In this document: positions 51,643-62,722 of the stretch, piece after piece | How positions within the stretch are numbered: the first letter of the stretch is position 1 | Layout of the letters: every line of letters starts with the position of its first letter | Source: an uncultured Gammaproteobacteria bacterium | GTDB lineage: Bacteria; Pseudomonadota; Gammaproteobacteria; CAWCPV01 | Assembly: GCA_963797555.1 (NCBI GenBank) | Contig: CAWCPV010000009.1 | Location: forward strand, 128,001-192,000 | Length of the DNA: 64,000 nucleotides | Direction of reading: 5' to 3' | Position numbers and translations under genes: made by a program | Notes under the pieces: generated by a model | Databases searched by the model: none | Seen by the model: only the letters and a program-made list of their open reading frames with translations | What the model was told of the DNA's origin: nothing

Positions 51643-52923
51643 TCACACGGCTTGCCCAGTGCTCCAGAACCGCTCGAACCGGTAGCCGGACAGGTCTATC
51701 TCGGGGGCCTCGCCGGATATCAGGTCCGCCACCGCCTTGCCGGAGCCTGCTGCCATGGACCACCCCAGATGCCCGTGACCCGTGTTGAGATAGAGGTTCT
51801 CGTAACAGGAGCGGCCCAGTACGGGCACGCCATCCGGGGTCATGGGTCGAAACCCGGTCCAGCGTTCGTCTCCCGAGTCTCCAAGCGCCGGGCGATACTC
51901 CGGATACACGCTCGCGAGCAATGTGAACAGATTCCGCACCCGGCTGTCCGTGATCCTGTCATCGTAGCCTGTAAGCTCGGCGGTGCCGGCCACGCGGAGG
52001 CGATCGCCCAGAGGGGTGATCGCCGCGTGCAGTGCGTCGTCGACCACCGGAATCCAAGGTCCATCCTGCCAGGTCCCGCGCGGCAATGTGATGGAGTAGC
52101 CTTTGACCGGGCGGATGGGCAGTTGGATTCCGATCGGCTTCAGGATCAACGGGCTGTAGCTGCCGGCAGCGACCACAAAGGCGTCGGCCTGAAGGGGTCC
52201 CGCTGTGGTATCGGCGGCCAGCAGGCGATTCCCGCGGCGCTGGAAGCCGCGCACCGTGGTGCGGAAAAGAAACTCGACGCCGCGCTCGATCGACGCCTCG
52301 CTGAGCGCCCGACAAAACTGGTGGGCGTCCCCCGCCTCATCGCCCGGATAGTGGATGCCGCCGACGATGGCTTCGCGTATGGGGGCGAGCGCCGGCTCCA
52401 CCTCGACCACCTCCGCGCGGTCGAGAAGTCGGTACGCCACGCCCTGGTGCGACAGCACTTCGGCGAGCCCGGCGCTTCGACCCAGCGAGTGCCGATCGCG
52501 AAAGACTTTCAGCGTGCCGTGTGCCGACTGGTCGTAACGGAGGTCCGTCTCGCTGCGTAGCGCGTGCAGGACACCGAGCGTGTAGCCGGCAAGACGCGCG
52601 TTGAGGAGCGCGTTCCGAATATAGCGGCCTCGGGCGGAGTTGCGCAGGAACTCCAATCCCCACAGCCCGAGCGACGGTAACGCCTTGAGGCGCAGGAGCA
52701 GAGGCGCATCCTCCTTGCCCAGCCCGAAAAGCGCCTTCCACAACACGCCCGGTGCGTTCCACGGGTCGGCCTGACTCGGTGTCAACATGCCCCCGTTGGC
52801 GAAGCTGGTCTCCATGCCCGGCCCGTCAGCGCGGTCCAGGACCGTCACCGCGTGACCGTGACGCGAGAGGAAATAGGCAGTGGTAGTTCCCAGCAGCCCG
52901 CTGCCAACAACGACGATCTTCAT
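51643..52923 (-). CDS. dadA: D-amino acid dehydrogenase
   Basis: VVGSGLLG, ETSFANGG, PVKGYSIT, RVAGTAE, WTGFRPMTPDG and NTGHGHLGW motifs. Confidence 0.92.
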   Translation of the reverse strand: MKIVVVGSGLLGTTTAYFLSRHGHAVTVLDRADGPGMETSFANGGMLTPSQADPWNAPGVLWKALFGLGKEDAPLLLRLKALPSLGLWGLEFLRNSARGRYIRNALLNARLAGYTLGVLHALRSETDLRYDQSAHGTLKVFRDRHSLGRSAGLAEVLSHQGVAYRLLDRAEVVEVEPALAPIREAIVGGIHYPGDEAGDAHQFCRALSEASIERGVEFLFRTTVRGFQRRGNRLLAADTTAGPLQADAFVVAAGSYSPLILKPIGIQLPIRPVKGYSITLPRGTWQDGPWIPVVDDALHAAITPLGDRLRVAGTAELTGYDDRITDSRVRNLFTLLASVYPEYRPALGDSGDERWTGFRPMTPDGVPVLGRSCYENLYLNTGHGHLGWSMAAGSGKAVADLISGEAPEIDLSGYRFERFWSTGQAV

Positions 52924-53784
52924 GACGTCCTCTGCATAATCCTGGTGAGTCGGAGCGGGGCTTTCCCGTGTCGGCGGGGACTAAGCCCCTGGCACAGGGA
53001 AGACGAGCGGCGTCGATTCTCCGGTGTGGATACGGCCAATGCCGCACGCGCGCATCATGACGGCGGTCTCGTCATCATGCGGTGGGCATCCCGAAGCGCC
53101 GCTATTCGGCCATCTCCATGGCATCCCGGCGGCATGCCCACCCGTATGAGCCCGAGATTGCAGACTGGGACCGCCCGCCAGCTTCCCGCATCAGCGGGCA
53201 TGAGCGGCAGCTCGCAGGGGCGTTCGGACCCGCGTCTGCGACGCTGCGGGAGCGATCTCGTGGACGATGCTCCACGAGGTACCAAAGCGCGCCACCGACA
53301 TCGCCCGTCAAGCCACCTGCGGCCCGCTCCATCCTCCTGACACGCGTTGTCGGGGGCATATCCCAGGAGGTCCGCGTCGAGCGACAGCGCGGAAAGGCGT
53401 GCCCGCGACGCCCCAGCAGCGCCCTGCTCATATCGAAACCGTACCGGCTGGACGGCTATCCGTCAATGATCACGGTGGCCGCAGGGGCGGCTCCAGCTCG
53501 GCAATGCCCGCACAGCACGGGGCAGGGAACCGGACCGGTGGGCGGCTCTCGGCTCTCGACGCGGGCACCCTGCCCCCCTGTGACAGGGACCAGGGGTGGC
53601 GTCTCGAACCTCCTTCGACCGATACGGCGGCCCGGGTGAGCGACAGGACTGTGACCGGAGCGTGATGGCGGGGAACACGAGCCTTCTCTGAGCACGAGCG
53701 TTGGAGTAGAATGCAACGTTCTGCGAGGCCCGGGCTGGGCCTGGCGCGGTGCTCCCTTGACAGGCAGAGAGGGCCTACAGCGAC

Positions 53785-54036
53785 ATGGTGACCATCCGTT
53801 TGGCGCGCGCCGGCGCGACGAAGCGTCCCTTCTACCACATCGTCGTTACCGACAGCCGTAACAAACGCGACGGGCGTTTCATAGAGCGACTGGGCTTCTT
53901 CAACCCCATCGCCAGCGACAAGGTGGCGGAGTCCGTGCGCATCGACATGGAGCGCGTCCGGTACTGGCTGTCGCAGGGCGCCAAGACCTCCCAGCGCGTG
54001 GCGCAGATCATGAAGCAGCATCCGCCGGCGTCATAG
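53785..54036 (+). CDS. rpsP: 30S ribosomal protein S16
   Basis: [39 protein letters not shown]. Confidence 0.98.
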   Translation: MVTIRLARAGATKRPFYHIVVTDSRNKRDGRFIERLGFFNPIASDKVAESVRIDMERVRYWLSQGAKTSQRVAQIMKQHPPAS

Positions 54037-54043
54037 CCGCGGC

Positions 54044-54559
54044 GTGAGCGATAGCGGAGATCGTTTCGTCGTCGTCGGCCGCATCGCGGGCCTGTTCGGC
54101 GTGCGCGGCGAGGTGCGTGTGGAGTCCTACACGGAGCCGCGCCAGCAACTTCTCGAACTGTCCCCGTGGTACTTGGACCGCGGCGTGGGACAGTGGCACC
54201 CGGTGCCGTTAGGACATGGCCGCATGCACGGCAAGAGCCTGGTGGGGGTGCTGGGTGGGTCTTCGGACCGGGAAGATGCGCGCGCCTGGCTCGGCGCCCG
54301 TATCGCGGTGCGTCGGAGGCAGTTGCCCCCCACCGCGTCCGGACAGTATTACTGGGCCGATCTCGTGGGCCTCGTCGTCCTCGACGGGACGGGGGAGACG
54401 CTGGGGCGAGTGTCTTCTCTCATCGAAACGGGAGCGAACGACGTGCTGGTAGTGGCGGGCGAGCAGGAGCACCTTATCCCGTTCGTGGCGGGGGCCGTGG
54501 TCAGGCAGGTGGACCTGGATCGCGGCACCATCGAGGTCGACTGGACCACAGACACCTGA
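54044..54559 (+). CDS. rimM: Ribosome maturation factor
   Basis: [29 protein letters not shown] and LIPFV motifs; synteny. Confidence 0.97.
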   Translation: MSDSGDRFVVVGRIAGLFGVRGEVRVESYTEPRQQLLELSPWYLDRGVGQWHPVPLGHGRMHGKSLVGVLGGSSDREDARAWLGARIAVRRRQLPPTASGQYYWADLVGLVVLDGTGETLGRVSSLIETGANDVLVVAGEQEHLIPFVAGAVVRQVDLDRGTIEVDWTTDT

Positions 54560-54566
54560 TCCGGAC

Positions 54567-55325
54567 ATGTGGCTAGGGGTCGTGACCCTGTTCCCGGCCA
54601 TGTTCCGGCCGTTCCTCGAATCCGGCGTGGTGGGCCGGGCGTTGGCGCGGGGGTTGGCCGATGTCCAGCTCTGGAACCCGCGGGACTTCGCGCGCGACCG
54701 GCACCACAGGGTCGATGACCGCCCTTACGGCGGCGGGCCCGGCATGGTGATGCAGGTCCAGCCGTTGCGCGATGCCATTCGCGCCGCTCGGGCGGCGGCC
54801 GGAAACGGAGCCTCGGTGGTGCTGCTCAGCCCCCAGGGCCGGCGCCTGGATCAGCGGGGCGTCAACGAGCTGCACGCGCGAGGGCGCCTGGTGCTGGTGG
54901 CCGCGCGCTATGAAGGCGTGGATGAGCGCTTGGTGCAGCTTGAAGTCGACCAGGAATGGTCCATCGGGGACTATGTTCTGAGCGGCGGTGAGCTGGCCGC
55001 CATGGTGCTGATCGACGCCATCACGCGCCTGATCCCGGGTGCCCTCGGGCATGGGAGTTCGGCCCAGCAGGACTCCTTCATGCAGGGGCTGCTGGATCAT
55101 CCGCACTACACCAGGCCGGAGGTGGTGGAAGGCCTCCGTGTCCCCGAGGTATTGCTGAGCGGGGACCACCAAGCCATTCGCCGGTGGCGCCACAAGCAGG
55201 CGCTCGGACGCACTTGGCAGCGGCGGCCCGATCTGCTCGAGTCGATGACGGTGGACGCCGAGCAGCGTCGCATGCTGGAAGAGTTTATTGCCGAGCTACG
55301 GGATGCGCAGAGGGACCGGGTATGA
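54567..55325 (+). CDS. trmD: tRNA (guanine-N1)-methyltransferase
   Basis: [33 protein letters not shown] and HYTRP motifs. Confidence 0.98.
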   Translation: MWLGVVTLFPAMFRPFLESGVVGRALARGLADVQLWNPRDFARDRHHRVDDRPYGGGPGMVMQVQPLRDAIRAARAAAGNGASVVLLSPQGRRLDQRGVNELHARGRLVLVAARYEGVDERLVQLEVDQEWSIGDYVLSGGELAAMVLIDAITRLIPGALGHGSSAQQDSFMQGLLDHPHYTRPEVVEGLRVPEVLLSGDHQAIRRWRHKQALGRTWQRRPDLLESMTVDAEQRRMLEEFIAELRDAQRDRV

Positions 55326-55666
55326 GCGACATTATCAAGGCGATTGAAGCGGAGCAGATGGACCGGGAGATCCCCGACTTCGGACCGGGTGACACCGTCG
55401 TGGTTCAGGTCAAGGTGAAGGAGGGAAGCCGCGAGCGGCTCCAGGCCTTCGAAGGGGTGGTGATCGCGAAGCGCAACCGGGGACTGAATTCCTCGTTCAC
55501 GGTGCGCAAGATCTCGCACGGCGAGGGCGTGGAGCGCGTGTTCCAGTCGTACAGCCCCAACATTCAGAGCATCAAGGTCAAGCGGCGGGGTGCGGTGCGT
55601 CGCGCCAAGCTCTACTATCTCCGCGGTCTCCAGGGCAAGGCCGCGCGTATCAAGGAGAAGCTGTAG
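55322..55666 (+). CDS. rplS: 50S ribosomal protein L19
   Basis: [17 protein letters not shown] and [10 protein letters not shown] motifs. Confidence 0.98.
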   Translation: MSDIIKAIEAEQMDREIPDFGPGDTVVVQVKVKEGSRERLQAFEGVVIAKRNRGLNSSFTVRKISHGEGVERVFQSYSPNIQSIKVKRRGAVRRAKLYYLRGLQGKAARIKEKL

Positions 55667-55671
55667 CGGCC

Positions 55672-56160
55672 GTGACACGGCTAGCAGCAGGCCGGCCCTA
55701 TGCGGCCGTTCTGCAGACCCCCATCGGCAGGTTGGGGATGGTGTTGCAGGACGGGCGTCTTGCCGCGCTGGATTTTCTGCTCTCCAGCGCAGCGCTTCGC
55801 GAGCCGCGCGACTCTGCTTGCGAGCAGGCCGCGGCATGGATCGAACAGTACTTTCGCGACCCCTGCGCGGTCTTCGACCTGCCCATAACACTCGCCGGCA
55901 CCCCGTTCCAGCGCAGGGTATGGGCGGCGCTTCGCACGATACCGCCCGGCGCCGCCCGGCGTTATGGTGATCTGGCGGGCGATCTCGACACGAGCCCGCG
56001 TGCCGTCGGAAATGCGTGCCGCGCGAACGCGTTGCCCATCGTGATTCCCTGCCATCGGGTCGTTGGGGCGACCGGCCTCGGCGGTTATGCCGGGGCGACC
56101 GCGGGCCAGGCATTGGATACCAAGGCTTGGCTGCTGCGTCATGAAGCCCGTTGCACCTGA
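55672..56160 (+). CDS. ogt: Methylated-DNA--protein-cysteine methyltransferase
   Basis: GTPFQRRVW, RAVGNAC and IPCHRV motifs. Confidence 0.93.
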   Translation: MTRLAAGRPYAAVLQTPIGRLGMVLQDGRLAALDFLLSSAALREPRDSACEQAAAWIEQYFRDPCAVFDLPITLAGTPFQRRVWAALRTIPPGAARRYGDLAGDLDTSPRAVGNACRANALPIVIPCHRVVGATGLGGYAGATAGQALDTKAWLLRHEARCT

Positions 56161-57061
56161 TCCCGATCCATCGGGGCAGGCTGGCTTGGTCGATGCCTTT
56201 CTGGATGCCCTCTGGATGGAACACGGCCTGAGCAGCAATACCCTCGCCGCTTACGGCGCAGACCTGCGCGGCTGCGGTCGTTGGCTCGAGGCGCGGGGCA
56301 AGACCTTGCTGTCGGTGCAGCGGGAGGACCTGCTCCAGTACCTGGCGAGCCGCGTGTCCCTCGCCGCGAGCCCGCGCTCTACGGCGCGCCTGGTGTCCAG
56401 CCTGCGGCGCTTCTACCAGTACCTGTTGCGCGAGGGGCGGATGCGCGTCGACCCGAGCCTGCGCATCGAGTCCCCGAAGCTCGGCCGTGGCCTGCCCGAG
56501 GCGCTGACCGAGCCGGAGGTCGAGGCGCTCCTCGATGCGCCCGCAGTGAGTTCGGCCCGGGGCCTGCGCGATCGCACCATGCTGGAGGTTCTCTACGCCA
56601 CGGGCCTGCGGGTGTCCGAACTGGTCGGGCTGCGCCTCGACCAAGTCAATCTGCGCCAGGGGGTCGTGCGCGTCCTCGGCAAGGGAAGAAAAGAGCGCCT
56701 GGTGCCCCTTGGGGAGGAGTCGCTCACTTGGTTGGAGCAGTACCTCCGCGATGGGCGCCCTGACCTGGCAATGGGCCAGATGACGGACAGCCTGTTCCCG
56801 ACACGCAGGAGGGCCTTCATGACACGCGAGAACTTCTGGCACCTCGTCAAGCGTTATGCGTTCCAGGCGCGTATCGCGAAATCCATTTCCCCGCACACCC
56901 TTCGGCATTCCTTCGCCACCCACCTCCTGAACCACGGGGCGGACCTGCGCTCCGTGCAGATGCTGCTGGGTCACAGCGACCTGTCGACGACGCAGATCTA
57001 TACTCACGTCGCCCGGGCGAGACTCAAGGAATTGCACGCTCGGCACCACCCCCGCGGCTGA
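56141..57061 (+). CDS. xerD: Site-specific tyrosine recombinase XerD
   Basis: LYATGLRVSEL, GKGRKERLVP, HTLRHSFATHLLNHGADLR and LGHSDLSTTQIYTHV motifs. Confidence 0.96.
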   Translation: MKPVAPDPDPSGQAGLVDAFLDALWMEHGLSSNTLAAYGADLRGCGRWLEARGKTLLSVQREDLLQYLASRVSLAASPRSTARLVSSLRRFYQYLLREGRMRVDPSLRIESPKLGRGLPEALTEPEVEALLDAPAVSSARGLRDRTMLEVLYATGLRVSELVGLRLDQVNLRQGVVRVLGKGRKERLVPLGEESLTWLEQYLRDGRPDLAMGQMTDSLFPTRRRAFMTRENFWHLVKRYAFQARIAKSISPHTLRHSFATHLLNHGADLRSVQMLLGHSDLSTTQIYTHVARARLKELHARHHPRG

Positions 57062-57132
57062 GCGGGTGGACCGTCTGTCGCTCGACTCCTTCCCCGAGCC
57101 CGGGTTGCTTAAGAGTAAGGGCCAGTGAGTAA

Positions 57133-57180
57133 GGGCTCTGACCCTGTGTCTGACCCCATTCTCCGTGACCCCTTTCTCCG
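57133..57180. repeat. Short tandem TGACCC(C) motifs, REP-like
   Basis: TCTGACCCT, TCTGACCCC and CGTGACCCC in tandem downstream of xerD. Confidence 0.4.
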
Positions 57181-57187
57181 CAAAGTT

Positions 57188-58081
57188 CTAGTGGGAAATC
57201 TCCTTCAGGCTGATGCTCTGCGGCAACTTCGCCGATGCAAGGTCAAGACGGTCGCCGACCAGCGGGATCTCGATGGACTGGGCGTCGTCAGTCTGCCACA
57301 CGAGCACCGGCTTGCTCGGCTTGGTCGGATCGACTACGACGTGGTTGTCGATCGGCGCGTTTTCCACTTTCCAGCCTAGGGTGGACGACCAGGACATCGC
57401 TGCCTCGCGGGGATTGTTTCCCCGGAGCCGCACAAGAATCCGCTGCAACGCCGCATCGTCGCTGGCCCAAGTGATCACCCCGACCGCTGAAGGGTCTTCG
57501 TCCAGGACCTCCTTGTCCGCCGGCGTCGTCACCATATAGACAGCCACGGTGCGGCCGACCGCCGACGGTTTGGCGAGACGAGTGTATGTCAGCAGATGCG
57601 TGCCGCTCGATTTGACGTAGAGCGTCTTGAGTGTGTTGAGGTTGAGCTGTATCTCCGCGTCACTCTCCGCGCAGCATCTTCACAAAACGATCTTGACGCC
57701 GGCGGCCCCTTCGATCTTGACTTCATCGCCGGGGATCTCGCGACGCACGAGCGGGGCGTCGAAATGCCCGGACCTGCTCAGTGGATGGACCACCAGCGTG
57801 ACGGTTCCCGTCTCGTCCCCGTTCTCCGCGAGGTCTTCCGAAATGCGCCGGCGGTGGCGGACCTCGGCCTCCACCACGGCCGTCCGCACTGTCCCCTGGT
57901 ACACAAACTGAGTCAGCTCGTAGGTGCGGGATCGCGTCGCCAGGTAAAGGTCGGCGCCGCCTTTTTACAGCGTCGCCTCCGACTGGCCACTCAGCGTCGT
58001 GCCGTCGCCCGAGTTGGCCGCCAGGGCGGGAAGAGCATGGAGCGCGAAGATGAATGAGAGTGCTGCGACATCTCGTCGCAT
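57188..58081 (-). pseudogene. Exported hypothetical protein with two in-frame stops
   Basis: Signal peptide MRRDVAALSFIFALHALPALA; one frame runs through TAA (~57966) and TGA (~57681) into ORFs 57680-57904 and 57188-57547. Confidence 0.6.
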
Positions 58082-58091
58082 GAGCGTTCCC

Positions 58092-58820
58092 TCACCTGGC
58101 CGGGCCGAGGTTGAACACGGTACGGGCCCGCACGAGATCGAGCAACTGCACGCTGCCGCTCAAAAGCTTGCCGCTCTTGGGGTCGGCGTTCAGCACCGCG
58201 ACGGCGCCGCGAAAATCGGGTCCCAGCATCGCCGCAAACTGCGCCAGCTCGCAATGCCAGAACGAAGCCAAGTCCTCTCGTCCTGTGTTTCCCGCCTTAG
58301 GCAGGCGTGCAACCACCGACCGGTATCGCTCTGCCGGCATCGTGCGATCGGCGATCACCAGGATTTTCTGCGCGGCCATGTCCGGGGGACTGAGATCGAG
58401 GTCCGGTTTGCCGAACGCCGCTTCGATCTGAGCGAGCGCCTCTTTGACGCGCTGGCCCCGGCGGTCGGAGTAAGGAATGTCGAGCCGTGTCCCGAACACC
58501 TTGCGCCCATCCGCCGCGCTGGAGAACCATAGCTCGAGGTCGCGGCCGTCCTTGAGCGTCGAGTTGATGTGATAGAAGGGCGATTCGTTCAGGACGCTCG
58601 AGCGGAGATTCTCTCCAATATAGCCGCCATAGTTGTGCGGCAGGTGGGTGCCGTAATCGCCTTGATACTGACCTTCCAGCGCCTGATTATCCAGCGCGGA
58701 TTGGTCGCTCAGCGGCATATCGAGTGGAACACTGACCAGGCGCCATCGCTCCGCCGCTTGCGCTCCGCCCGGCAGGACCGACACCAGCACTGCCGCTGCC
58801 AACAAGGTCTTGCGCTTCAT
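58092..58820 (-). CDS. Exported hypothetical protein
   Basis: Signal peptide MKRKTLLAAAVLVSVLPGGAQA; co-oriented with its neighbours. Confidence 0.65.
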   Translation of the reverse strand: MKRKTLLAAAVLVSVLPGGAQAAERWRLVSVPLDMPLSDQSALDNQALEGQYQGDYGTHLPHNYGGYIGENLRSSVLNESPFYHINSTLKDGRDLELWFSSAADGRKVFGTRLDIPYSDRRGQRVKEALAQIEAAFGKPDLDLSPPDMAAQKILVIADRTMPAERYRSVVARLPKAGNTGREDLASFWHCELAQFAAMLGPDFRGAVAVLNADPKSGKLLSGSVQLLDLVRARTVFNLGPAR

Positions 58821-58840
58821 TCCTGGGAGATTCCGCTCCA

Positions 58841-59480
58841 CTACTTCCACACTGCCTCGAGAGTCACGCGCTCACGCTTGAGGAGCTTCATGGCTCCGTT
58901 CGCGGCCGAGTATACGATTCTTTCCGCCGTCCACACCTTTCCTGGCCTCAACTCCTCCGCCAGGCCCGTGAGGTACGGGCAATGGCCGTGGTCATCGCAG
59001 GGCTTGGAATCGCTGCAATCGTAAGGAATGTCTATACCGTCCACCTGCGAAATCGTTCCGGTCTCGATCTCACACACCGACCCGTCGGACACCCGTATCA
59101 ACCATGCCCGCGGTGACGCCGGGATCCAGGGCGTCGGCTTGGGCAGAGGCTTGGACGGCTTCAGTATGAATCCCGGCCCGTTGCCGATCGGGCTGGCGTC
59201 GCAAACCACCTCCTCGCTGAGACCTGGGGCCTCGAAGCACGGGTCGAAGATCTCGTTGCCCACCATGCATCGCCAAACGCCCACGCGCGCGACCGCGATG
59301 GAATCCGTCCAGCAGTCGCCGGCTCGGGTGGGACCGCCCGGCACCGGAAGGGCTGAAGACAATGACTTCGGTCTGCGCCAGGGCACTGGCGCCGGCTCGC
59401 GCAACGCCGGCGACGAGCGCAACGGTCGCGGCTATCGCTAGCGGCAGCCAGAATCTTTCGATGTGCTTCGACGGTTTCAC
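58841..59480 (-). CDS. Exported Cys-rich hypothetical protein, frameshift at ~59340
   Basis: Signal peptide in one frame, then GDCWTDSIA..WRCMVGNEIFDPCF in the next. Confidence 0.6.
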
Positions 59481-59513
59481 TGATGAGGACCTCCGGCAGG
59501 ATACCCACATGAC

Positions 59514-60928
59514 CATCCCATTACACACAACTTGATGACAATCGTGTAACATCCTGACATAACGTCACAAGATGGGGTGTCGGGATGAGCTGGGCGGCGG
59601 AGGAATTTAGGGGCATCGATTTGGGCGACAAGCGGCTGGGCAAGCGGGCCGTGTTGCTTGCCGAGCGGCTGGCGGAGAAGCCGAGCGCGAGCATTCCCGG
59701 AGCGTGTGGGGGCTGGGCCGAGACCCAGGGAGCTTACCGGTTTTTTGCCCACGACGAGATGGACTGGCGGGACATCCTGGAGCCGCACTGGCAGTGTTCT
59801 GCGGCCCGGATGCGGGAGCACGAAATCGTGCTGTGCATCCAAGACACCACGGAGGTGGACTTCAACGGGCAGGACATCGCTGGCCTGGGGCCGTTGAGCT
59901 ATGAGGCGCAACGCGGTATGTACCTGCATCCGACGTATGCCGTGACGCTCGCGCGCGAGCCCTTGGGCGTGCTGGATGCGTGGATGTGGGCACGCGAGCC
60001 GAAGGACGCCGAAGGCCCTCGGGGAGGTGTTCTGGAAAGCACCCGCTGGGTGGAGGGCTATGAGCGCATGGCAGAGCTGGCGTCCGAACTTCCACAGACC
60101 CGCCTGGTGTATGTAGCCGACCGGGAGGCTGACATCGTAGCCCTGATGGCCAAAGCGCGCGACCTGGGGCAGCCGGCCGACTGGTTGGTCCGCTCCCGGC
60201 ACAACCGTGCGCTGCCCGAGGGCGGCAAGCTGTGGGAGGAGGTGACCCGAGGCGAATGCCTGGGCGGGATACGCTTCACGATGCCGTCGCGCCACGGACA
60301 AAAAGCGCGGCAAGTCTGCCAACAGGTGTGGGCGAGGCGTGTGAAGCTCTCCGACGGCAAGGGGGGTCGGTTGGAGGCCACCTGCATCGTGGCCCGGGAA
60401 GTGGACGCGCCAGCAGGCGTGAAGCCCGTCGAATGGCGCCTGCTCACCAACCGTGAGGCCGCCAGCTTGGAGGCGGCGGCCGAGCTCATCGACTGGTATC
60501 GCGCCCGCTGGGAGATTGAACTCTTCTTCCACGTGCTGAAGAACGCCTGCCGCGTGGAGGCGTTGCAGCTCAGCACCATGGAACGCCTGGAACGGGCGCT
60601 GGCGCTATTCATGGTGGTCGCCTGGCGCATCGCCCGGCTGATGCGCCTGGGGCGCACCTGTCCGGACTTGGAGGCCGAGTGGTTGTTCGAGCGCGAGGAG
60701 TGGGAGGCAGCCTTCCTCCTGAACAAGAAACGCCCACCGAAGACGCCACCCCGACTGAACCAAGTGGTGCATCTCATCGCCAGGCTCGGCGGCTTCCTGG
60801 GGCGCAAGGGCGACGGCGAGCCCGGCGTGAAAACCCTCTGGCAAGGGCTCACGCGCGTCATGGACTTCGCGGCAGGACTGCACTACGCGCGTGAGGCTCA
60901 AGTCCTTTGAGTTGTGTGTAATGGGATG
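59514..60928 (+). mobile_element. IS4-family (IS50/Tn5-like) element, apparently intact
   Basis: TIR CATCCCATTACACACAACT / AGTTGTGTGTAATGGGATG; 9-bp TSD CCACATGAC at 59505-59513 and 60929-60937. Confidence 0.95.
59585..60910 (+). CDS. IS4 transposase
   Basis: WAAEEF..LGDKRL, QDTTE, ADREAD, YRARWEIELFFHVLK (YREK) and LGGFLGRKGDGEPG motifs. Confidence 0.96.
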   Translation: MSWAAEEFRGIDLGDKRLGKRAVLLAERLAEKPSASIPGACGGWAETQGAYRFFAHDEMDWRDILEPHWQCSAARMREHEIVLCIQDTTEVDFNGQDIAGLGPLSYEAQRGMYLHPTYAVTLAREPLGVLDAWMWAREPKDAEGPRGGVLESTRWVEGYERMAELASELPQTRLVYVADREADIVALMAKARDLGQPADWLVRSRHNRALPEGGKLWEEVTRGECLGGIRFTMPSRHGQKARQVCQQVWARRVKLSDGKGGRLEATCIVAREVDAPAGVKPVEWRLLTNREAASLEAAAELIDWYRARWEIELFFHVLKNACRVEALQLSTMERLERALALFMVVAWRIARLMRLGRTCPDLEAEWLFEREEWEAAFLLNKKRPPKTPPRLNQVVHLIARLGGFLGRKGDGEPGVKTLWQGLTRVMDFAAGLHYAREAQVL

Positions 60929-61214
60929 CCACATGACCTAGGCCGCTTCGGTCGCAGGCAAAGCGCTCCGGTTTTGGCGATAGCGCCCCCGCCGCGGCCT
61001 CGCCCGGGAATTTGGGAGTTCCGAAGGACGACCCGTATCCGGTGCCCACCACCCTCCGGTGCGGTGGAGCCGCGTCCGGCCATCGTTCACCCGAGAAGTA
61101 GTTGCGTATCGGACCGCGCTGCCGCTCTCGGGCTGAAGCGATGGAGCCTGGGCGGCACCCCATGTGGGGCGGCGGCATGTGGGACCCAAAGGAGAGAAGC
61201 CTCCGGCGACCTGA

Positions 61215-61799
61215 TTACGGTTCTTTGCCGGCAAGGGCGTTCTCGATGCGTCGATCGGGCACAAGCCAAACCAGTGCAACCAGCACGTAGAGACCTTGAG
61301 AGAGCCGTTGCGACCAGTACGCCGCCGGAATGGCGATGATGTAGATCAGGGGCGATACCTTTCCCTTCCAATCGGCGCCGACAGCCTTCCGTAAGAGGGA
61401 GCCAGGACCTTGCGAGGCAATGATGAGTTGCTGCAGTATCCAGTACGCGATAGCGGCCATGAGCAGAACGACACCGTAGAAAGCCGATGGTGCCGCGGCG
61501 AAGTGATTCTCTCCCATCCAACCCGTGGCGAAGGGAAACAGTGATAGCCAGAACAACAGATGTAGGTTGGCCCACAGCATCGGCCCCGTCACCGTGCGAC
61601 ACGCATGCAGCATATGGTGGTGGTTGTTCCAGTAGATGCCGACGTAGACGAAGCTCAACACATAGCTCAAGAACACTGGGACCAATGGCGCAAGAGCATC
61701 GATCCTCTCGCCATGAGGCACCTTTAGCTCCAACACCATGATGGTGATGATGATGGCGATCACGCCATCGCTGAACGCTTCGAGCCTACCTTTGCCCAT
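61215..61799 (-). CDS. TMEM175 (DUF1211) potassium channel family protein
   Basis: RLEAFSDGVIAIIITIMVLEL and YWNNHHH motifs. Confidence 0.92.
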   Translation of the reverse strand: MGKGRLEAFSDGVIAIIITIMVLELKVPHGERIDALAPLVPVFLSYVLSFVYVGIYWNNHHHMLHACRTVTGPMLWANLHLLFWLSLFPFATGWMGENHFAAAPSAFYGVVLLMAAIAYWILQQLIIASQGPGSLLRKAVGADWKGKVSPLIYIIAIPAAYWSQRLSQGLYVLVALVWLVPDRRIENALAGKEP

Positions 61800-61818
61800 T
61801 CAGGCCGCGCTCTTTCTC

Positions 61819-62085
61819 TCAAAGAAACTTCCACTTCACGACAACCGCGACCGCAGCAGGCAGCGAGAATATCAACAGGAAGATCGGCAGCTCTTCTCGT
61901 AAGGAGTATCCGGCCCGCGACATGCCACCCCACATGTTCCAAGCCGCCCCCAAAAGCCAGAGGACGACGAACGCCGTGGTGGCTGTCGTCGTGGACGAAG
62001 CGCTGGTGCTGGCAAAGAGTCTTGCAAACCCAAGGCAGACCGCCCAAAGTGCAAAGCCTCCAAGGATGATGATTACCGTGCGCAT
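61819..62085 (-). CDS. Small three-TM hypothetical membrane protein
   Basis: Hydrophobic 88 aa; AGYSLREELPIFLLIF; GGAG RBS. Confidence 0.7.
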   Translation of the reverse strand: MRTVIIILGGFALWAVCLGFARLFASTSASSTTTATTAFVVLWLLGAAWNMWGGMSRAGYSLREELPIFLLIFSLPAAVAVVVKWKFL

Positions 62086-62319
62086 TACGCGCTCTCCTGG
62101 TCGTTAGCAATCGATGAGCGAGGCGACTGCAGAAGGATAACGGATGGGCTAAACACACGCCATTACACGGAAGTGCTAGTTCCGACAATCACTCCGGCGG
62201 GAGGCCGGAATCCGGAGGCCACGGATGGCCTCGCTCGGCATCCCCGCCCCGGATTCCGCACACTCCTTGCGTGGAAAGACGAGATGTGTGTGAGGATATG
62301 GGCTGAACGATTCGGCCCC

Positions 62320-62385
62320 CCGGAGAGGGACTACTCTACGCCCGACCACGCCGGTCGCGCCGGTGACGAAGATTCGCATGTTCAC
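62320..62385 (-). pseudogene. N-terminal stub of an NAD-dependent epimerase/dehydratase
   Basis: MRIFVTGATGVVGRRVVPL Rossmann start, then unrelated sequence. Confidence 0.6.
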
Positions 62386-62722
62386 ATCGCTCCGCAGGTT
62401 CGATCAGGGGGCTCAGCGCCCGCCCAGTGCAAGCCGACCGTGGCAAGCCGACGGACAAGGCCATCTCGGTCTGGGTATGACCCCGGTTGGTGGGTCGTTG
62501 GGCAGGTTCCGACGGCGGTGCTACCATGAATCTTATACGTTCCACTTCGCCCCATAGGCGTGTCGTGGCGGTCCGGTGCCCCAGCGGACCGGGTTGCTTC
62601 GAAGTCCTGGACGAGCGATCGCTATTGCGCTATGCCCGGAGCGGCGTCATGAGGCAGCCGGGGGGCACCGGGCGTTCCGGCATCCAAACCCATCAGGTCC
62701 CGACCCTCGGAGGAGACCGGTC

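Noticed and set aside
50602-52560. Long 652-aa plus-strand ORF (likewise 55106-57049 on the minus strand)
   Set aside because: Antisense shadows of dadA/pfkB and of xerD/ogt/rplS, typical of high-GC DNA.
52930-53700. Possible gene or RNA between dadA and rpsP
   Set aside because: No ORF with recognisable motifs, and no SRP or other RNA signature I can support.
60937-61180. Possible REP-associated tyrosine transposase C-terminal remnant
   Set aside because: Resemblance too weak; no HUH or NPV motif found.
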